A stretch of 64,000 nucleotides of DNA from a virus (Duplodnaviria > Caudoviricetes). Below the pieces are notes generated by a model that did no database searches, was not told the DNA's origin, and was given only the letters and a program-made list of their open reading frames with translations. Positions 59,101 to 64,000 of the stretch are shown here, one piece after another. Made by a program: the position numbers and the translations under genes. Where the stretch lies: IMG/VR virus record IMGVR_UViG_3300005080_000001, positions 68,519-132,518 of that record; one strand, 5' to 3'. Within the stretch, counting starts at the first letter, position 1, and the number at the start of each line of letters is the position of its first letter.

Positions 59101-62100
59101 ATGAATCAGCTTGGGTCTTTTCATTTACAATCTGGTCAAACTCACGTTTTAAAGATTGTTTTTCACTAGAAGTTAACTTATTGTCATTTGACATATCGGT
59201 AACCATTGTATTTGCACTATTCCAAGTATTTGCAGATGCAATTTGAGAGTCTGAAACAGTACCATTTAACTTGGCAGTGTTTAAAGTTCCATCAGTGTTA
59301 AAGTTCGAAGCCTTGTCCCAAGTTGCCTTATTATTTGAGACTGTACCATTTACTGTATTTGCAGTACTATTTGCAGTGTCAGCAGTTGATTGCGCTGACG
59401 TAGCATTGCTCTGTATCTTATCGTTAACCGCTTTTCTCAACTTTTCAGTTTCAGTATAATAAGTATTTATCTTAGTTTTGAAAGTGTCTCTAGTAGTTGT
59501 TGAAGCAAATGTATATGTTGTTGACATATTTACTAGAATCTCAGCGTTGATTTTTGGAGATGTACCATCTAAAGCAGTATAAGCCGATACATAAGAAGTA
59601 TTTGATACTCCTAATGAACTAGCTTGAGCCGATAATTGAGTATACTCTGCTTGAATCGCCTGCCAATCTCTTAATAATTGATTCTTCTCAACAGGTGTCA
59701 CTTTCAAATCTGACATTATATCATTGATACTAGATTGTGCCGAATTAGCATTTGTCAAAGCAGTGTTTGCTGTTGAGTTGGCAGTATTTGCAGTACTTAC
59801 AGCTTGACTAGCATTGGTTGAAGCTGTGCTTGCTGTACTTGATGCTGAATCAGCAGTGCTTTTCGCAGTGTTTGCTGTACTTAAAGCAGTTGATGCGTTT
59901 GTATTAGCAGTTGATGCCGTGCTATTTGCTGTATTAGCAGTACTATTAGCAGTATTTGCGGTTGAAACTGCACTGCTTGCATTGCTATTCGCTGTATTTG
60001 CAGTGCTATTTATGGCATCCGAGATAGCCTTTCTTAACTTTTCAGATTCAGTAAAGTACGTAATCATCTTAGTTTTAAAGTTATCTCTATTTGTTGTTGA
60101 ACCGAAGTCATAAGTGGTTGTCATTGAAGCTAGAATATCTGTTGCAACCTTAGGAGTAACGCCATCTAAATTGTTATAAGAAGTCGTATAGCTTGTAGCA
60201 GATACACTCAATGCAGTCGCTTGTGCAGATAATTGAACGTATTCTGCTTTAATAGATTCCCACTCTCTGCTCAATTGATTCTTTTCCAAAGGAGTGATTT
60301 TCAAGTCACTAACCATATCGTTGACAGAGTTTTTTGCAGTGTTCCAGTTATTTGCGCTTGCAATCTGATTATCAGCTAAAGTACCAGTAATCTTTGTTGC
60401 TCCGACACCTGCTATTTGAGTATCAGCAATTGTTCCATTAAGTTTAGCGGTATTGATTGTTCCATCAGCATTGATATTACCTGCTCTTCCCCAGACAGAT
60501 TGATTGTTTGAAACAGTCGTATTTACTGTGTTGGCAGTTGAGTTAGCTGTATTCGCTACTGATTGCGCAGATGTTGCAGTATTATTAACAGCATCAGTAA
60601 GCGCTTTGCGTAACTTCTCTTTCTCAGAGTAGTACGTTATAAACTTAGTCTTAAAGCTATCTCTTGCTGTCGTTGTGGCAAATGTGTAGCTAGTATTCAT
60701 CGTAGCTAATACTTCCGCAACAATCTTAGGAGTAACTCCGTCAAAAGCATTGTAAGCATTAGTAAAAGCAGTAGCATCTACCTTTAATATAGTTGCTTGT
60801 GCAGATATTTGCGTATACTCTGCTTTGATGTTCTCCCAGTCACGACTCATTTCAATTTTTTCTACTGGAGACACTTTTAAATCTGAAAGGATGTCATCAA
60901 CATTTACTTTAGCGCTATTCCAAGCTGTTGCACTAGCAATTTGTGAATCTGCAATCGTACCATTTAGCTTTCCAGTGTTAAACGTTCCGTCAGCATTAAT
61001 ATTGGTAGATCTATCCCAAGTAGCCTTATTAGATGTGACCGTGTTATTTGCAGTATTACCGTTGTTTGCATTGGCAACAACTGTACTTGCTGATGTTCCA
61101 TTTAATGTAGAACTTGAATCAATAACTAATCCATTAGCATGGATGACACCTGTTGTATCTGTCCAGAACACATCTGTGAAATTAACTCCGTCAGAACTTT
61201 TTTGTATCTTGATACCATCTGTAGCATTGATTTTCGTCTTAACCTTATTGTCGCTTTTCGTAACAACCAAACCGTTTGAAGCATCGATTTTAACACCGTT
61301 GTAAGTAACTGTTGAACTTAATGCGTTGTTAACCAGTGCCTTAGTAGAATCGTCAAGAGCATTGATTGTAACAGCACCAATAAGATCAATCTTTTCAGCC
61401 TTCATCTTAATACCTTCTTGTGAAGCATTAAATGAAGTTATGACATTGTCTTTCTTTACAACATTTAACGAGATGTCATCTTGAGTTTGCTTGATTTGTG
61501 TTGCTTGAGAATCCACTTTCTGCCCTAGTCCATCCACCGTATTACTTACCCCAGATACGGTATTTGAAATAGCATCTGTTGTAATTTTTATCTCTGCTTT
61601 AGCATCAGTAACTGCAGTTGATACTTTGCCGTCAGATTCTGCTTTTGTATAGACATTGGTAGCATCAGCTTTAAGAGAGATTGCTTGATTTGTCTGAGTG
61701 ATTGATGTCTCATTATTAGAAATACGAGTAATCAAGTCAACTGCTAACTCATCAACATGTTTTGTAAATATGCTTGCAAATGAACCTGCTTGAAGCATCG
61801 GACGAGCAACCCATAATCTACCGTTTCTTACGACATGGAATCGTAAAATAACATAAGCAGTATTTGCAGGAGCAGTTCCAGTAACTGTATACCTCTGCCA
61901 ACTTCCGTTTGTTTTTGGTGTTATATCACATACGGTAATTGAAATTTTAGTATTTGTATTATCATAGAAATCCAGTTCCATGGTACATTTACCGCCACTA
62001 AATGCAGTAATATTATCTGAATACGCATAAACAGAACCAGTGAATATATCACCTGCCACACAGTTTACTTTTTCACTTTGTAAAGCATATGCATTGTCTG

Positions 62101-63781
62101 TAGCTTGTCCAGATTGAATCTGTTTCATAGAAAATGCACTTTGAAGCTTAATAGATGTATCTCTTGCCCATCCTGTACCTAAAATCCATTTAGTAGTATC
62201 TGTCTGCCATTCTGTATTGTGAAGTACGTTCATAGCACTCAAAGCATTTAGATCTGCTTGACCAACCTTCAATGCAATTTGGTTAGATTGTGTTGTTATT
62301 GATGCCTCGGCATTTGTAACTCTACCAGTTAATGTATCTAGCGATGACTGACTAGCTTTTAATCCTATTGCCGTAGTATTAGCTGTAATACTAGTCTCTG
62401 CAGTTGATACTCTACCAGTCAATTTATCTACATCAGTCTGGTTAGCCTTCGCTGAAATAGAATTATTTAATTGAGTAATAGATGTTTCAGTCGTAGACAC
62501 TCGTCCATTTAGATTATCAAAATCTGTTTGACCAACCTTTGACTCTATCTTGTTAGATAACTGAACAATAGAACTCTCTGCATCTCCTACTCTCTTAGAA
62601 TAGGCATCGAACGTTTGTTGAGATACTTTTGATGAAATTTGATCACCTTGAACAAGTAATTGTGCCTCAGTGCTAGAAACTCTGTTTCCAAGACTAGTAA
62701 CATCTGACTTATCGGCTTTAATGCTAACAGCTTCCGTTGTTTGCTTTAACTCTGTATCCATCTTCGTTAAGCGAGTATCGTTCTTATTACCAATGCCAAT
62801 TACAGATGTCAATTTATCAACTTGTGCCGACATCTTAGCCCCAATGTTTAATACTGGAGTCCCAGTTTCCTGTCCATGAAGAATTTCAATTGTATTCCAT
62901 CCTGCCCGAAGTGAAATTGATACAGGTGAAGTACCTGTTCCATTGTATTTACTAGAGTAAACACTTGCTCCGTTTACAAATACGGCAAGACCACCTTTGT
63001 GAGCAATATTTAGAGAAAATGTTTTCGGATTTCTCATATTTACATTTGTAAAGAAATGAGTTATCTGATGATCTCCAGATGGAATTGATAAATTGATATC
63101 ATCATTGATATCAACAATACTACTTGCCTGCATTCCTCTAATCAGTTCAAAAGATGGAGGAGTTTGGTTTAAGTCTGTTCCAGAGATAGGATATTTAGAA
63201 GCCACCCATTTATTCAGACCGACAGCACCGTCAAAATCAGTTTGACTCATTTTCGTAGAAACTTCACCTTGAATACTGGTTACAGATTGTTCTACTGTTG
63301 TTACTCTACCCTGTACTCCATCGAATGCTGACTGATCTGCCTTGTCTTTAAGGTTTAATACAATCTGTTCGTACTGAGTTTGATAAGTAGAAGAGTCTAG
63401 TTTGTCTTGCAAGTCAATTGCAAGTTGATCTTGCTTATCCTTTTGTGTTTGAATATCAATCAGAGACTTATCTAAACTTTGCTTTAATGTCGCCTCACTA
63501 GTTTCTAATGTTGTCGTTCTAGTTGTGACATTATTAATAGCAGTTTGTGCCGTACCGAGTTGCGCATTAAGTTCTTGATTTTCACGCTCTAACTTGTCCA
63601 GTTCTGCTTGAACATCTGTAGGTACTCCAGATGCCCCACCATTGTCATATAGCCAGTTAATTGCCGATACAAGATCATCTTTCGCTAGTGTTTTCAGCAT
63701 CGCTAAATTACCTGCATCTTTAATTGATGCGTATTTATATTCGCCATTCTCTAAATAGCGTATTAATCTTGGTTGTGCCAT
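56177..63781 (-). CDS. Large tail fibre / receptor-binding protein with C-terminal S74 intramolecular chaperone
   Basis: Coiled-coil stalk repeats, CBM-like domains, SSEVWKTDI...GLIAE...WKAIQEL. Confidence 0.88.
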   Translation of the reverse strand: MAQPRLIRYLENGEYKYASIKDAGNLAMLKTLAKDDLVSAINWLYDNGGASGVPTDVQAELDKLERENQELNAQLGTAQTAINNVTTRTTTLETSEATLKQSLDKSLIDIQTQKDKQDQLAIDLQDKLDSSTYQTQYEQIVLNLKDKADQSAFDGVQGRVTTVEQSVTSIQGEVSTKMSQTDFDGAVGLNKWVASKYPISGTDLNQTPPSFELIRGMQASSIVDINDDINLSIPSGDHQITHFFTNVNMRNPKTFSLNIAHKGGLAVFVNGASVYSSKYNGTGTSPVSISLRAGWNTIEILHGQETGTPVLNIGAKMSAQVDKLTSVIGIGNKNDTRLTKMDTELKQTTEAVSIKADKSDVTSLGNRVSSTEAQLLVQGDQISSKVSQQTFDAYSKRVGDAESSIVQLSNKIESKVGQTDFDNLNGRVSTTETSITQLNNSISAKANQTDVDKLTGRVSTAETSITANTTAIGLKASQSSLDTLTGRVTNAEASITTQSNQIALKVGQADLNALSAMNVLHNTEWQTDTTKWILGTGWARDTSIKLQSAFSMKQIQSGQATDNAYALQSEKVNCVAGDIFTGSVYAYSDNITAFSGGKCTMELDFYDNTNTKISITVCDITPKTNGSWQRYTVTGTAPANTAYVILRFHVVRNGRLWVARPMLQAGSFASIFTKHVDELAVDLITRISNNETSITQTNQAISLKADATNVYTKAESDGKVSTAVTDAKAEIKITTDAISNTVSGVSNTVDGLGQKVDSQATQIKQTQDDISLNVVKKDNVITSFNASQEGIKMKAEKIDLIGAVTINALDDSTKALVNNALSSTVTYNGVKIDASNGLVVTKSDNKVKTKINATDGIKIQKSSDGVNFTDVFWTDTTGVIHANGLVIDSSSTLNGTSASTVVANANNGNTANNTVTSNKATWDRSTNINADGTFNTGKLNGTIADSQIASATAWNSAKVNVDDILSDLKVSPVEKIEMSRDWENIKAEYTQISAQATILKVDATAFTNAYNAFDGVTPKIVAEVLATMNTSYTFATTTARDSFKTKFITYYSEKEKLRKALTDAVNNTATSAQSVANTANSTANTVNTTVSNNQSVWGRAGNINADGTINTAKLNGTIADTQIAGVGATKITGTLADNQIASANNWNTAKNSVNDMVSDLKITPLEKNQLSREWESIKAEYVQLSAQATALSVSATSYTTSYNNLDGVTPKVATDILASMTTTYDFGSTTNRDNFKTKMITYFTESEKLRKAISDAINSTANTANSNASSAVSTANTANSTANTANSTASTANTNASTALSTANTAKSTADSASSTASTASTNASQAVSTANTANSTANTALTNANSAQSSINDIMSDLKVTPVEKNQLLRDWQAIQAEYTQLSAQASSLGVSNTSYVSAYTALDGTSPKINAEILVNMSTTYTFASTTTRDTFKTKINTYYTETEKLRKAVNDKIQSNATSAQSTADTANSTANTVNGTVSNNKATWDKASNFNTDGTLNTAKLNGTVSDSQIASANTWNSANTMVTDMSNDNKLTSSEKQSLKREFDQIVNEKTQADSLSSTYGLTSDASYTSYVASYNTLYNYVNPLLSSLTATSSITGSTMRSYFADYYDKASKFGNVVNTKAKALADGAQNTANSATELAQAMANGKMLNADPVFRDSNNGTSVYNNGTAGVVTLTRVANPSDSPTTSPYCMEIKTTATGASPANGGFTFSTPSRANATFIIRIIAKLPVGTTINWASNSTGTGSATKWLTPNAGTGTWTEYVYKVVCGATGTFSSTNYFYSQGGTLPLTWNVAYATVFDMSEMDYSINDMLSDLKVTPLEKNQLSRDWEAIKAEYAQLSAMGTSLGVSVTSYTTAYNNLDSTSPKIATEILASLTTTYTFASTTARDSFKNQLTTYYSEAEKLRKAISDAINSTANTANTTANTANGKADTANTTINNNKATWDRASNINSNGTFNSTKLSGAILDSQISSATNWNGAKSLLDTWKSGTFINGQMIGTNTIFAQQIAIGDFTNLSQINEEKNPNGYPTVLLNNKRYFKIGNGAYAPMTVMANTYVEFLVNDEYYIAFNGYRDTGLTTLNAIFRYYYSDGTWENAGSVSVLPTTADTRIAKNLKITVAPNDTKTLTAVNLFFEKDGTAGSGYYYVRDIEVRKRYTGQLIVDGSIKAQQIDVANLFADNGFITNLKSQDIDATRIKTGQLLGIYVRSDGTNAFSYMSGGSIVSKSKVASVETWVDEGLVRVKGLVSMLSLSEDNLSIGATGKSGYGSITYTAPTSDPSQNIFSLWGVGKVVLESNQSDIVLKGRAQIQGVDSAGVALNFPDANSVRFDSYGNITSPSTMISDATWSVKDGDGRLRLLLPVGKGATGGNEYHSWSGGHRFNHDGRLALGLYTKADNSTLLQFYGQAHFKYWSGGNYFECKNSADNGFIPIYASAFNIGSSEVWKTDIKKYEKSALDVIANTNIMTYKYKADVEESENPHTHVGLIAEYAPKEVQSKEGNAIDSYAMVSVAWKAIQELSEQVRYLKDKLNNR

Positions 63782-63803
63782 GTTTTATAATTTCACCCCT
63801 TAC

Positions 63804-63898
63804 TTGCAATACTTTTGATTAATGATTTATTAATTTTGGGCGTAATTAGCCCACATTTATTGTACCACTCCTACATTTTTATTGCAATACTTTTGATT
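63804..63898 (-). promoter_or_regulatory. Paired repeat motif, promoter and leader hairpin of the tail fibre gene
   Basis: TTGCAA-17-TACAAT; TGGGC/GCCCA stem; second motif 78 bp downstream before AAGGGGTG. Confidence 0.8.
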
Positions 63899-64000
63899 AA
63901 TAAAACTTAGATTTTGTCACTTTCTAAATGCACTAATTACTCTAGAAACCATATCGTCAAAAGCATTCACCATACTAGTAACACAAAGAAATATAGCTAT

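Larger units (their letters stand above)
6796..63898. repeat. Dispersed polar 17-bp repeat AAACAAAAGTATTGCAA (about 31 copies including variants)
   Basis: + strand starts: 6796, 7276, 8794, 10742v, 10960, 11043, 13812, 14022, 15250, 16131, 19175, 19255, 21575, 21652, 24159, 24232, 25763, 26627v, 27785v, 28369. - strand (left coordinate): 37656, 40609, 40688, 42988, 44828, 52507, 54689, 54765v, 55653, 63804, 63882. v = variant. Confidence 0.95.
1..64000. mobile_element. Segment of a large SPbeta-like Bacillus phage/prophage genome
   Basis: Replication arm converging on a tail/lysis arm; DnaE, NrdIEF, tape measure next to a tyrosine recombinase, Bacillus-type Rap-Phr and PlyB-like lysin; no host housekeeping operons. 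Confidence 0.93.

Noticed and set aside
59271-61304. Antisense ORFs within the tail fibre gene (and similar ones in other long genes)
   Set aside because: Shadow frames caused by codon bias and low-complexity repeats.
6796-63898. 17-bp repeat as a CRISPR array
   Set aside because: Copies are dispersed singly or in pairs, too short, with no regular spacers and no cas operon.
1-64000. tRNA, rRNA, IS elements, reverse transcriptase/DGR
   Set aside because: No cloverleaf, transposase or RT motifs recognised by eye; tRNAscan-SE and HMM searches would be needed to exclude them fully.

Overview
64 kb from a large, AT-rich Bacillus (most likely B. cereus-group) siphophage or prophage with SPbeta-like gene order. 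The + strand arm (1-33.5 kb) carries small accessory genes plus replication and nucleotide-metabolism genes (primase, DnaE, RecD2, Cas4/AddB-like nuclease, RNase H, thymidine kinase, NrdIEF, thioredoxin, NUDIX, deoxyribosyltransferase, RusA-like) and candidate anti-defence genes (Apyc1-like MBL hydrolase, Tad2/DUF2829, DarA_C). The - strand arm (36-64 kb) carries tail and lysis genes (2534-aa tail fibre with S74 chaperone, holin, tyrosine recombinase, 2524-aa tape measure, baseplate proteins, PlyB-like GH25 endolysin). The arms converge on a regulatory island with a Rap-Phr pair, a type I TA-like locus and several promoter-terminator-bounded small-RNA candidates. The most striking unannotated structure is a polar 17-bp motif (AAACAAAAGTATTGCAA), about 31 copies found by eye, always co-oriented with transcription. 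It often supplies a sigmaA -35 box and recurs 73-83 bp downstream after a leader hairpin. Also notable: a baseplate protein fused to a flagellinolysin-like zinc protease, an RNase H with a natural D10N-type substitution, and a second palindromic motif at gene junctions. All family calls are from motif recognition, not database searches. No tRNA, rRNA or CRISPR array was seen.
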